Source: Dehalococcoidia bacterium
GTDB lineage: Bacteria; Chloroflexota; Dehalococcoidia; Lucifugimonadales; G958296245
NCBI GenBank assembly: GCA_965262055.1
Contig: CBDHEI010000002.1
Coordinates: 3,348,347-3,412,346 of the forward strand
Direction of reading: 5' to 3'
Length of the DNA: 64,000 nt
The notes beneath the pieces were generated by a model. That model saw only the letters and a list, made by a program, of their open reading frames with translations. It made no database searches and was not told the DNA's origin. Both the position numbers and the translations under genes were made by a program. Positions 37,641 through 47,066 of this stretch are shown piece by piece; position 1 is the first letter of the stretch; every line of letters starts with the position of its first letter.

Positions 37641-37765
37641 GTAACGTTTTGTCACATTTTGTCACATTCAGCTATGGGTCATGCGACAGTGGGGCGACAC
37701 GAATACGACAATACCGTGACTAATTGAGACACCGATGCGACACAATGAGACAGGATGTGACACGC
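37641..37765. repeat. Opposed arrays of phased TGTCAC / [GC]GACA units (element C, best example)
   Basis: ttTGTCACatt occurs twice (37650, 37660). Eight units containing GACA/GACT follow at 37685, 37696, 37707, 37718, 37728, 37739, 37749 and 37759 (spacings 11,11,11,10,11,10,10). Hairpin ATCGGGA-tgaatt-TCCCGAT at 37617-37636 lies immediately upstream. Confidence 0.65.
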
Positions 37766-37840
37766 CCCTCAGCAAGTTGAAGGCTAGCATTCCGAGTCTC
37801 CCACCCAGCAGGGCGGTAACCGAAGCGGGCCAGACGTGAG

Positions 37841-37869
37841 TTGATCCTTCCATGGGAAAAGCATAGTAC
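37841..37869 (+). promoter_or_regulatory. Candidate promoter of hydrolase gene (TTGATC-N17-TAGTAC)
   Basis: TTGATC at 37841-37846, a 17-nt spacer, and TAGTAC at 37864-37869. Confidence 0.3.
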
Positions 37870-37944
37870 ACGTGTTCGCTTCTTGTCAAGCAACTACTGA
37901 GATCCAGGTGAATGGCTGTAACAGGCCGTAAATGGAGGTATTCG

Positions 37945-38919
37945 ATGGACATGGCAATTCCCAAACACGTACGCCCGGCGTATCCCGCGCCGGTTGAGCG
38001 AGGTCAGGTGCGCGAGAAGATGATGGAGCTCCTGGGGCTGGAAGAGGTCCCAGAGACGGCTGACTTCACCGTGGCGTCCGTGAAGACCGAAGACGGGCTG
38101 GTGGTGACGCGAGGGTCGTTCCGCACCTACCTGGGCGAGGATGTCCCCACCATCATGATGACGCCCACAGGGGCATCCGGGCGCCCGAGGGCCGGCGTGG
38201 TCTGCGTGCCCGGCACCGGAGGGAGCGCAGAGATGCTGGCGCACGAGAGGCTGCACGTGCGCGAGGAGGGACGCCTGTTCGGATGGGGCCGCGAGCTGGC
38301 CAGACGCGGGTTCGCGACCATAGCCATCACGCCGAAGGGCACCGAGGCGCGCAGAGGATCGGAGGAGGCGTGGGCGCACGAGATGAAGCTGCTGGCCCCC
38401 TACGGACGCTCGCAGATGGGCGTTCTGGTCGAGGAGACGCTGCTCGCCGCCCGTATCCTGGCGGACGCCGAGGGAGTGGACGCGGGTAGGATCGCTCTCA
38501 CCGGCATGTCGCTGGGCGGCAATGCGTCCTGGTACGCGATTGCATGCGCGCCGTGGATAGCCGCCGCCGCGCCCGTCTGCGGCGGGTTGGGCCGCATGGA
38601 GCGGGTAATCCACGAAGGCCAGAACGAACGGCACAGCGCCTACTACTTCGTCCCGCACATGCTGCGCCACTTCGACCATCCAGAGGTCGTAGCGGCGTGC
38701 ATCGCCCCGCGCCCGCTCTTCATGGTCGCGCCCACCGAAGACGAGGACATGCCGCGCTCGGGGGTGGACGACCTGATTCCAGTGGTGCGCGCCGCCTACG
38801 AGGAGATGCACAAACCTGAGAACTTCACGGTGTACCAGCCGGAGGGACGCCACGTCTATCGGGTCGGGTATCTGGAGCGGGTGGCAGCCTGGCTCCGATG
38901 GGCCCTGGGAGAGAAATAG
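37945..38919 (+). CDS. Alpha/beta hydrolase (dienelactone hydrolase / acetyl-esterase-like)
   Basis: Nucleophile elbow GMSLGG. I chose the start MDMAIPKH at 37945 because GGAGG lies 6 nt upstream; the ORF track starts at 37912. Confidence 0.75.
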   Translation: MDMAIPKHVRPAYPAPVERGQVREKMMELLGLEEVPETADFTVASVKTEDGLVVTRGSFRTYLGEDVPTIMMTPTGASGRPRAGVVCVPGTGGSAEMLAHERLHVREEGRLFGWGRELARRGFATIAITPKGTEARRGSEEAWAHEMKLLAPYGRSQMGVLVEETLLAARILADAEGVDAGRIALTGMSLGGNASWYAIACAPWIAAAAPVCGGLGRMERVIHEGQNERHSAYYFVPHMLRHFDHPEVVAACIAPRPLFMVAPTEDEDMPRSGVDDLIPVVRAAYEEMHKPENFTVYQPEGRHVYRVGYLERVAAWLRWALGEK

Positions 38920-38946
38920 GCTCCGCCCAGACAACCCGTCCGGGTA

Positions 38947-39999
38947 TCAGCTAGACGGGGTGCTCGTCGCCGTTTCGTCCTGGGTAGGAGCGGGAGTGTT
39001 GGCCTGCGGAACGATCGGCCCCTCGTACACGGGCTCTGTGGTGAAGCGCTCGCGGTCGCTGAGCAGGTCGAAGACTGGGTCGGACTCCGCGACGTAGGCG
39101 TAGCTCTTGGAGGCGTCCTTGACGTAGTAGCTAAAGTCGTCCTTCTCGGTGAACAGGAGTTGGATCGACGGGGTCTCAGAGTCCGGCCTGGTTATTACGC
39201 CGATCTTGAGGAGCGGGTCGTCGAAGCTCATCTGCTCCATCTCCTCGTCGGTCGGCACATTGGAGGCGATGAACCGCTGAAGGACACTCAGTATCCCATT
39301 CATGACAGGCTCTCTGGCGGCCTCGGCGCCGAACTCCGAAACGACGGCCCAGCCGCCACCCTCGATTGGGCGGACCTCAAAGGTCTCACCATCCCGGAAC
39401 TCGTAGGTGAAGTAGTGAATTTCTTCAGGCGGGATCTGAGCGACCACCGGAGACTTCCACTCCCTGTCCGTGGGGGCGAAGTTGTCGGCGAACAGGCAGG
39501 TTATCCCGTAGACATCGTCCTCGCCGGGCTTCCGGATGTAGCACATGCGCACCGCCTGCGACCAGGCTGATAGCTGCCTCATGCCTATGGAGCCCGAGAA
39601 GTGGTCTCCTATCAGCAGCTCTTCCCTCATCTCGTCCCCGCTGTAGAACTTGACGGTCGTCCCATGCTCCGGCGTGACACCCATGAGCCAGTGGTTCTCG
39701 GGATTGGTAGATACGAGGTCGGCGCCTTCGAACTTGGAGGCGGTGTCCCACATGATGAACAGCTTGGCGTCGAACACAGGGTACTCGTCAAGGAACCAGC
39801 CATCCTCCCGCTTGACGATGGCGATCTCGCTATCGGTCCCCGTCATGACGACCCTGTCTATGACCTCCTCGTCGAGCTGGCTCAGGCCCGTGAGCTCATT
39901 CTCCTCCAGGAAGTCGGTCGACAGCAGCCTGAAGAGTAGGCCTACAAGACCTATGACGACGATGACGGCGAGCAGGAGGCCTACCTGTCTACTCTTCAC
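38947..39999 (-). CDS. DUF4340-like protein, N-terminally membrane-anchored (accessory to GldG-type ABC systems)
   Basis: 350-aa ORF with one N-terminal TM helix. Position downstream of a GldG-like gene and a 4-codon overlap (39989-39999) with it. The family call rests mainly on gene context. Confidence 0.6.
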   Translation of the reverse strand: MKSRQVGLLLAVIVVIGLVGLLFRLLSTDFLEENELTGLSQLDEEVIDRVVMTGTDSEIAIVKREDGWFLDEYPVFDAKLFIMWDTASKFEGADLVSTNPENHWLMGVTPEHGTTVKFYSGDEMREELLIGDHFSGSIGMRQLSAWSQAVRMCYIRKPGEDDVYGITCLFADNFAPTDREWKSPVVAQIPPEEIHYFTYEFRDGETFEVRPIEGGGWAVVSEFGAEAAREPVMNGILSVLQRFIASNVPTDEEMEQMSFDDPLLKIGVITRPDSETPSIQLLFTEKDDFSYYVKDASKSYAYVAESDPVFDLLSDRERFTTEPVYEGPIVPQANTPAPTQDETATSTPSS

Positions 40000-42283
40000 T
40001 TGTGTACGTCTTCCTTTTCATGTTGCGCCTCAGGAAGAAGCGGACCAGTCCGAGCAGGACGAAGAGGGCGGGCACTCCCGCCATGCTGCCGTACCGGACC
40101 AGCAGGCGCTGGGACTCCGAGTCGTACAGGAGTGTTCGGACGGTGCGCCCCTTGGCGCGTATCGCGGCCAGCGCGTCGTCCTGGGTCAGCCAGTCGACCC
40201 AGTTGCTCATCATCTCGATGTGGCCCGGGCCCTGTGCCGCCCAGCCTTCGTTGATCCAGTCGGAGTCCCCGGCTACGATTATGCGGAATCGCTTGTCCGG
40301 GTCTCGCTCGCACTCAGACTCGCCGGGCAGGCACCTGGTGCCGGTGATAGCAACGGCCAAGGTCCTGGCTTCTAGCTGATCCTCGGGCACGTCTTCGAGG
40401 TGCGGGGCCTGGGGAAACAGGTTCTGGTAGTCCGTGTCCAATCCCGCGAACTCGGTGGTCTCGATCAGGGTGACGACGTCCTCGATCTGCACGGACGGCT
40501 CGGTTGGGTCGATCAGGTCCACGGAACTGGCCCACGGGAAGACGACGGACGTCACTCCGCCCGACACCCTGGCGTCCGCCTGTGGAATCCGTACCCAATA
40601 CGGGTATGGAACGATTATGGGGGCGAAGACGTCGGGCACCGTCAACGACTCGTGCGACCTGGTGTCGAACACCATGTCCCTGTTGACCCTGACGCCGTAC
40701 TGCGAGAGGAACCAGTCAAGGTTGAACGGGTTGGGTATGCCCCTGAAGTTTTGGGTTTCTGGGACAACCGGGTCCATCAGGAACACGGCCTCTCCGCCCT
40801 CGGCGAAATAGGTGTCCCACTCGGTGAAGAGGATGCTCGGCAGGTCCCTCATAGGTCCGGTCACCACGAGGGCGTCGATGCCGCCCATCTGCATCTGACC
40901 TTCCCTGCCTTCTCTGCTTTCTTCAACCTGGGTCTGCGCCCTCAGGGCGGTCCGAACCGTCCTGAAGTCAGGCTCCCCGCCCTCCTCGAACCTCAACGCG
41001 GGGTCCTCAGAGTTGGTATGGAAAGCTACGGTCTGAGGGTCCCTCTGGAGCATCCTGAACACCGCCGAGGTGATGGCGAACTCCATCCCATCGGTCGTGC
41101 GCACGACCGATATGATCTCTCTCTGGTTGATGTAGGTCATACCAAGGCCCAGGTAGCCTACATCAATCTGGATCTTGCCCTCCGACTGCCTATTGAACTG
41201 GATGGGCCGGATAAGGTTCTCTTGGGCCTCGCGCACCGAGTCCTCGTCCTCGGGGTTCGTCTTCCGGCGGAGAAGCCTGATCTTACCCTTGCCCTGCTCC
41301 TCCACGGCATCCAGGAAGTCGTCCAGATCGCGCCGCACCAGGGCGGCCTGTGGCGGCAGGTCATCGGTGTAGAAGAACTTGATGGTAAGCAGGTCGTCCA
41401 GGCTCCCCAGGATCTCCTTTGTAGCGGGGCTGAAGGTGTACAGCCGCTTCTCGGTCAGGTCGAGCCGTCCCTCGATGATGCCGCCGAACCAGCCCACCAA
41501 GAGGCTGATGACGACCAAGCCGGCCACGCCAAGCTGGAGGTTGCGGTAGAGGGGAGACAGGTGGCTGATGCTCTTGCTGCGGATGAGCAGGTACGAACCG
41601 CTCAGGAATGCTGACACCAGCGCGATGAAGTAGAGCACGTCCCTGAGGTCGATGATGCCCCGGAGCATCGAGGTGTAGTGGGTCGCCGGGCTAAGGTCCT
41701 GGATAAGGACCGCTATGCCAGGCGGCACCGCCAGCGTGATCACGGGCGAGCCCGCCAGCATTAGCGCGACCATCAACGCCAGCGCCACCATGAACGAGAC
41801 GATCTGGTTCTGCGTGAGGCTGGAGCTGAATACCCCGATGGCCACGAAAGAGGCCATCAGGAAGAGGGTCCCGATGTACTGCGCAACTATGGCGCCGGTG
41901 TCCAGGTCCCCAGCCGTCGATAAGGCTATGGGAATTACGGCAGTGAAGATTATGCCTACGCCCACGAACAGGAAGCCGGAGACGAACTTGGCCAGCAACA
42001 CCGACCAGCCCCTCAATGGCTGGGTGAGCAGGATCTCCAGCGTGCCGTCACGCTGCTCCTCCGCTACCAGCCTCATGGTGGCCGCCGCCACGAATACCGG
42101 GAGTATCCAGGGCAGCGCCATCACCTCGAACAGGGGACGCAGTGACGCCTCTCTCGACGTATCGAGCCCCCTGAAGAACAGGAAGGAGATTACGCCGATG
42201 AATACTACGAGGAGGATGTATCCTGTCGGCTGGTCGAAGTAACCCTTGAGGTCCTTCTTGACTAGGGCGGTGAAGATTTTCAT
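39989..42283 (-). CDS. Fused ABC-2 type permease (GldF-like) and GldG-like auxiliary domain protein
   Basis: 764-aa ORF. The N-terminal ~240 aa has six TM helices of ABC-2 type, followed by a large extracytoplasmic region and a C-terminal TM anchor, as in GldG-family proteins. Confidence 0.7.
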   Translation of the reverse strand: MKIFTALVKKDLKGYFDQPTGYILLVVFIGVISFLFFRGLDTSREASLRPLFEVMALPWILPVFVAAATMRLVAEEQRDGTLEILLTQPLRGWSVLLAKFVSGFLFVGVGIIFTAVIPIALSTAGDLDTGAIVAQYIGTLFLMASFVAIGVFSSSLTQNQIVSFMVALALMVALMLAGSPVITLAVPPGIAVLIQDLSPATHYTSMLRGIIDLRDVLYFIALVSAFLSGSYLLIRSKSISHLSPLYRNLQLGVAGLVVISLLVGWFGGIIEGRLDLTEKRLYTFSPATKEILGSLDDLLTIKFFYTDDLPPQAALVRRDLDDFLDAVEEQGKGKIRLLRRKTNPEDEDSVREAQENLIRPIQFNRQSEGKIQIDVGYLGLGMTYINQREIISVVRTTDGMEFAITSAVFRMLQRDPQTVAFHTNSEDPALRFEEGGEPDFRTVRTALRAQTQVEESREGREGQMQMGGIDALVVTGPMRDLPSILFTEWDTYFAEGGEAVFLMDPVVPETQNFRGIPNPFNLDWFLSQYGVRVNRDMVFDTRSHESLTVPDVFAPIIVPYPYWVRIPQADARVSGGVTSVVFPWASSVDLIDPTEPSVQIEDVVTLIETTEFAGLDTDYQNLFPQAPHLEDVPEDQLEARTLAVAITGTRCLPGESECERDPDKRFRIIVAGDSDWINEGWAAQGPGHIEMMSNWVDWLTQDDALAAIRAKGRTVRTLLYDSESQRLLVRYGSMAGVPALFVLLGLVRFFLRRNMKRKTYTSEE

Positions 42284-42290
42284 TGTCGTC

Positions 42291-43328
42291 TTATGCTCGG
42301 AAGGGAGGCCAGCGCCACCCGAAGCGCCCGCCCTCGGAGGGTTCGGCGCTCTCCGCCGTGTAGTCCTCGTCCTCGCCTAGCGCCGTCAGGGAGTGGAAGA
42401 GGTCCGCGAGGCTGGCCCCCTCTTCGTGGAGGTCCCATAGCACCCAGTTGCGCCGCTTGGCCATGTCGAAGACCTGGGGTCTTACGTCGCCCTCGCCCGA
42501 AACTAGGAGCGAATAGCGCCGCCGCCCGTCTACAGCCCCCACATCCTCGACCTCGTCTACGCTCGGGATCTCGCGGAGCCCGGCCTCAACTTCCTTACCC
42601 TTCATTTCCACGTTGACCTGTCGCCTGCTTCTCGCCTGGGCCCTCAGCTCGTCCAGTGTGCCCTGGGCGGCTATCCTGCCGCGCCTGATTACCAAGAGCC
42701 GGTCACAGGTCTGCTCGACCTCGCTCAGGACATGAGTGCTGAGCAGCACCGTCCTCTGGGCGCCTATCTTCTTGATGAGCTCCCTGATGGGCACCCGCTG
42801 GTTCGGGTCGAGCCCTTCGGTGGGCTCGTCCATAATCAGGATGTCGGGCCTGTGCAGAAGGGCTTGCGCAAGCCCCGTCCGCTGCCTGTAGCCCTTGGAG
42901 CACTCGCTGATTGGCTTGTAGTAGATCTCCGCGATGTGCGTCTCATCGACGGCCTGCTCGATGTTTCCCTTCTTTTCGGAACCCGACAGACCGCGGAGGT
43001 CGGCCACGAAGCTCAGGTACTCGTGGACGAGCATGTCGCCGTAGAGCGGGTTATTCTCGGGCAGGTAGCCGATCTTCTGCCTGGTGACGAGGTCGTTGTC
43101 CTGGTTGTCGTCGCCCTCGATGAGGATCTCGCCTCTGTCCGGCGTGTAGTAGGAGGTGAGCAAACGCATTGTGGTCGTCTTGCCTGAGCCGTTGGGGCCG
43201 AGAAAGCCCACCACCTCGCCCTTTCGCACGTCGAAAGAAACGTCATCTACGGCCACGGTCGGGCCGAAGGTCTTTGTGACTCCGCTGACCTGGATGGTCA
43301 GCTCGGCTGTGTTTTTCTTTTCAGGCAT
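42291..43328 (-). CDS. ABC transporter ATP-binding protein (GldA-like) with C-terminal extension
   Basis: 345-aa ORF. Walker A GPNGSGKTT, signature CSKGYRQR, Walker B ILIMDEPTEGLD. Confidence 0.9.
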   Translation of the reverse strand: MPEKKNTAELTIQVSGVTKTFGPTVAVDDVSFDVRKGEVVGFLGPNGSGKTTTMRLLTSYYTPDRGEILIEGDDNQDNDLVTRQKIGYLPENNPLYGDMLVHEYLSFVADLRGLSGSEKKGNIEQAVDETHIAEIYYKPISECSKGYRQRTGLAQALLHRPDILIMDEPTEGLDPNQRVPIRELIKKIGAQRTVLLSTHVLSEVEQTCDRLLVIRRGRIAAQGTLDELRAQARSRRQVNVEMKGKEVEAGLREIPSVDEVEDVGAVDGRRRYSLLVSGEGDVRPQVFDMAKRRNWVLWDLHEEGASLADLFHSLTALGEDEDYTAESAEPSEGGRFGWRWPPFRA

Positions 43329-43494
43329 GCACTCGGCTCTCTACCGGACTATTTACGTCCCCGCGCCCGGCCCGGATTCTTCGGGCGGGAGGCAGGACGT
43401 CTCCATTGCGAACGAACAGCAGCCCCGGATGAGACTGCTGAAACGACATTCTAAGACTCATTGGAATATAGTGTCAACCCGAATGTGAGGATTG

Positions 43495-45780
43495 CTACGC
43501 CTTTCCGTCCTGTCCCAGCGTGGCCACGATGGCTGCGGGGGACATCGGGAGCTCGGTCATCCTGGCCCCTACGGCGTCGTGGATGGCGTTGGCGAACGCG
43601 GCCAGCGGGGGGACGATGTTCGCCTCCCCTACCCCTCTGACGCCAAACGGGTGCCCCGGGTTCGGGACCTCTACTATGACGGTGTCGATCATCGGCAGGT
43701 CCAACGAGGTCGGCATCCTGTAGTCGAGGAGCGTGGAGTTGAGGAGCCCCCCATCGTCGCTCATGAAGTACTCCTCGTTCAGCGCCCAGCCCGCGCCCTG
43801 CGCGGCGCCGCCCTGCATCTGCCCCTCCACGTAGGACGGGTGTATGGCGGTGCCTACGTCCTGTATGGCGGTGTACCTGAGTACGTCCACCTTGCCGGTC
43901 TCGGGGTCGACGCGGAGATCGACAATGTTGGCCGCGAACGAGCCTCCCACCCCGGTGGGGTTGACGTTTCCACGCCCGACCACCGGGCCTCCGGTGTCGT
44001 TTAGCTGCGCCGCCAAGTCCTTGAACGTCATGCTCAGCTCAGGGTCGCGCCTGTGCCGGACGGCGCCGTCCGCGTACTCGACCTCATCGCCGGGCACCTC
44101 CCACAGAAGCGCGGCGCGCTCCGCCATCTGCCGCTTCACGTCGTCCGCGGCCTGCAGCGCCGCCATGCCCGACTTGAAGACGACTCCGCTGCCGCCGGTG
44201 ATGGAGGTGTAGCCTATCGTGTCCGTGTCTGCGACCTGGGGCGAGACGTCCTCCACCGGAATGTCCAGGGACTCTGCAAGCTGCTGGGCTATCGCCGTCC
44301 GCGTGCCGCCGATGTCCACAGACCCCTCCACGAGGCTGACGCGCCCGTCCGGCAGCACGTTCGCTACGACAGCCGCCGGCCCGGTGTTGTTACGCCAGAA
44401 GCCGACGGCGACGCCGCGACCCTCGTTGGGGCCCGACAGCGGCGCCGAGTAGTTGGGATGGTCCCTCACGGCCTCCATGACCTCCAGCGCCCCGATGGGC
44501 GGGTTCAGGGTGCCGTCTGCGCGCCTCGTGCCCTCTTTGGCGGCGTTGAGGATCCGGAACTCCATGGGCTCGATGTCCAGCCGACGGCAGAGCTCGTCCA
44601 CCACGGACTCGACGGCATAGGTGACGATCGGCGAGCCCGGCGCCCGGTAGGCGGATGTGGCCGGCTTGTTGGTCAGCACCTCCACGCCGTCGAGCATGAC
44701 GTTCTCTATATGGTAGGGAGTGAGTATGCAGGCCGCCGCGCCGCCCACTGGCGCCCCCGGGTAGGCCCCCGCCTCCAAGGCGAAGTAGGCGTAGGCTGCC
44801 GTTATGCGTCCCTCGTTCGTGGCGCCCATCTTCACCTTGACGTAGCTGCCCGACGTGGGACCGGTCGCCTCCAGCACTTCGGCGCGGGTCATGACCATCT
44901 TCACCGGGGCGCCGCTCTTCCTTGAGAGCAAAGCCGCGATAGGCTCAAGGTAGACGCGCAGCTTTCCTCCGAAGCCGCCGCCTATCTCCATGGGTACCAC
45001 CTTGATCTGGGACACCGGAATGTCGAGGATGCTCGCCACCTGGTCACGGATGCCGAAGTGTCCCTGGCTACTGCACCACACTGTCAGCCTGCCATCCTCG
45101 CCCCATAGGGCGGTGGCGTTCTGAGGCTCGATATAGCCCTGGTGTACAGTCCGGGTGCGGAACTCGCGCTCTATGACGACGTCAGCCTCGGCGAACCCCT
45201 TTTCCACGTCGCCGAGACGGTGCTGCACGTGGCCCGTCGCGTTCGTCCCGGTGCTCTGCTCGTCGCCGAACCCCTCCGGCGCGGTGATATGCTCGTGGAG
45301 TATGGGCGCGTCGGGCTTCAGCGCGTCCTCCACGTTGGTGGCCGATGGGAGAACGTCATAGCAGACGTCGATCAGGCCCAGGGCTTCCTCGGCGGCGTGG
45401 GGGCTGGATGCAGCCACGCCCGCGATCGCGTGTCCCTTGTAAAGCGCCTTGTCCTCGGCGATTACGTTGTTGCTCAAGTACTTCTGGCTCATGACCTGAT
45501 CTTCGCCGACCTCCGCCAGCGTGTCCTCGGGCCGCGGCAGGTCCTCGAAAGTGACCACTGCGGCGACTCCCGGGTGCGCCTGGGCCCGGCTCGCGTCTAT
45601 CGACACGATCCGCGCGTGGGCGTGAGGACTGCGCATCACCTTGCCCCATAACAGCCCCGGGGGCCGAATATCTGCTCCATAGAGCGCCCTCCCGGTCACC
45701 TTCTCCACACCATCGTGTCTGACGGGACGGGTCCCCACCACCTTGTAGCCGGTCTTCGCTGCCGTCGTGTCAGCTACCAT
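43495..45780 (-). CDS. Xanthine dehydrogenase/aldehyde oxidase/CO dehydrogenase family molybdopterin-binding large subunit
   Basis: Start MVADTTAAKTGYKVVGTRPVRHDGVEKVTGRALYGADI at 45780 is preceded by AGGAG. Family-typical motifs run throughout (GGGFGGK, EPQNA). No FAD or 2Fe-2S subunit genes are adjacent. Confidence 0.85.
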   Translation of the reverse strand: MVADTTAAKTGYKVVGTRPVRHDGVEKVTGRALYGADIRPPGLLWGKVMRSPHAHARIVSIDASRAQAHPGVAAVVTFEDLPRPEDTLAEVGEDQVMSQKYLSNNVIAEDKALYKGHAIAGVAASSPHAAEEALGLIDVCYDVLPSATNVEDALKPDAPILHEHITAPEGFGDEQSTGTNATGHVQHRLGDVEKGFAEADVVIEREFRTRTVHQGYIEPQNATALWGEDGRLTVWCSSQGHFGIRDQVASILDIPVSQIKVVPMEIGGGFGGKLRVYLEPIAALLSRKSGAPVKMVMTRAEVLEATGPTSGSYVKVKMGATNEGRITAAYAYFALEAGAYPGAPVGGAAACILTPYHIENVMLDGVEVLTNKPATSAYRAPGSPIVTYAVESVVDELCRRLDIEPMEFRILNAAKEGTRRADGTLNPPIGALEVMEAVRDHPNYSAPLSGPNEGRGVAVGFWRNNTGPAAVVANVLPDGRVSLVEGSVDIGGTRTAIAQQLAESLDIPVEDVSPQVADTDTIGYTSITGGSGVVFKSGMAALQAADDVKRQMAERAALLWEVPGDEVEYADGAVRHRRDPELSMTFKDLAAQLNDTGGPVVGRGNVNPTGVGGSFAANIVDLRVDPETGKVDVLRYTAIQDVGTAIHPSYVEGQMQGGAAQGAGWALNEEYFMSDDGGLLNSTLLDYRMPTSLDLPMIDTVIVEVPNPGHPFGVRGVGEANIVPPLAAFANAIHDAVGARMTELPMSPAAIVATLGQDGKA

Positions 45781-45946
45781 CACGGTCTCCTGGTTTCTGT
45801 ATGTTGGCCAGCTCGGTGGCTCACAACTCGTTCCCAAATCATCAGCGCCACTACGTTGGCCGACGATGCCAATGCAAGCCGTATTCTAACATAGGGGGTA
45901 GCTGCGACCTGCGGAGAAAGCCGGCACCGCCTGTCCGTGATGTAGA

Positions 45947-46774
45947 ATGGCCCACGGCATGTACAAGCTGGTCGCACTGGACGTCGACGGCACCATACGA
46001 ACGATTGAGCGCTCGCCCTCCGAGCGTACGCGGCGGGCAGTAGACGCCGTCCGGGCCGCCGGCGCAGCGGTCACTCTGGCCACCGGCAGGATATTCGCGT
46101 CCGCCGCCTCTGCGGCGGCCGAGCTTGGCATCGCGACTCCCATCGTCACTTTCCAGGGCGCCGTCGTCGCAGAGCCTGAGAGCGGTGACGTGCTATGGCG
46201 CCGCACCCTGACGGCCGAAATGGCGAATGCGGCGCTCGACGCCCTGAGCGAGTGGCCGACCGAGGTGGCCGCCTACCTCGGTAACAATGTCTACGTGAAC
46301 ATGAACACCCCTTGGGCCGATGGCTACGCCGAGCGGAATCCGGGGCTCGTGCACGTCGTCGACGACCTCAGGGAGATGGCCGAGATGTCCCTCTGCAGGC
46401 TGGTCGCCGTTGGAGACGAGGACGACGTGGCAAGGCTCCACTCGGACCTGATGGCGATATTCGACTCGACGCTGCACATTACCCGCTCCCTGCCCCGGTT
46501 CTGCGAGATACTCCACCCGGAGGGAGGCAAGCATAAGGCCCTAGGCTGGCTGAGCAGCCACCTTGGAATCGAGCGAGAGGAGACCATCGCCTTCGGGAAC
46601 GGCTACAACGACGTGCACATGCTGGAGTGGGCAGGCCTTGGGGTAGCCGTGGACGGGGCCGTAGACGAGGTGCTGGAGGTGGCCGACCGCGTCGCCCCCA
46701 CCTTCGAAGAGGACGGCGTCGCGCAGGTGCTGGAGGAGTTGCTGGCCGCCGGCCAGATCGGAGGTGTCGGCTAG
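45947..46774 (+). CDS. Cof-type HAD-IIB family hydrolase
   Basis: 275-aa ORF. LVALDVDGT motif I, TLATGR motif II, GNGYNDVHM motif IV. Confidence 0.85.
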   Translation: MAHGMYKLVALDVDGTIRTIERSPSERTRRAVDAVRAAGAAVTLATGRIFASAASAAAELGIATPIVTFQGAVVAEPESGDVLWRRTLTAEMANAALDALSEWPTEVAAYLGNNVYVNMNTPWADGYAERNPGLVHVVDDLREMAEMSLCRLVAVGDEDDVARLHSDLMAIFDSTLHITRSLPRFCEILHPEGGKHKALGWLSSHLGIEREETIAFGNGYNDVHMLEWAGLGVAVDGAVDEVLEVADRVAPTFEEDGVAQVLEELLAAGQIGGVG

Positions 46775-47066
46775 GGCGCTCGGCCCGGCCTTCGTCAGAA
46801 TCACGAATGAGTATCTGTGCGAGATCCAAGCGACCGAAGCCAAGGCGCGCCTCGCCGAGCTCCTGAGGAACGTGGAGCACGGCGAGACCATCGCCATCAC
46901 TCGCCATGGAAAGATCGTCGCCCACCTAGTCCCCGCCAGCGCACACGACCGAGCCCAACGAAGAGAGGCTATAGAGCAGTTCCGCCAGCGTCGCGCAGGC
47001 TGGAAGCGCGTTGAGGTCTCCACCGACGAGATACTGGCCTGGCGCCATAAGGGGCACCGCCTGTGA
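46764..47066 (+). CDS. Type II antitoxin, Phd/YefM family
   Basis: IQATEAKARLAELLRNVEHGETIAITRHGKIVAHLVP is a classic Phd/YefM N-terminal domain. The stop TGA overlaps the GTG of the downstream PIN gene (GTGA). The true start within 46764-46830 is uncertain, as there is no in-frame ATG. Confidence 0.75.
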   Translation: MSARALGPAFVRITNEYLCEIQATEAKARLAELLRNVEHGETIAITRHGKIVAHLVPASAHDRAQRREAIEQFRQRRAGWKRVEVSTDEILAWRHKGHRL

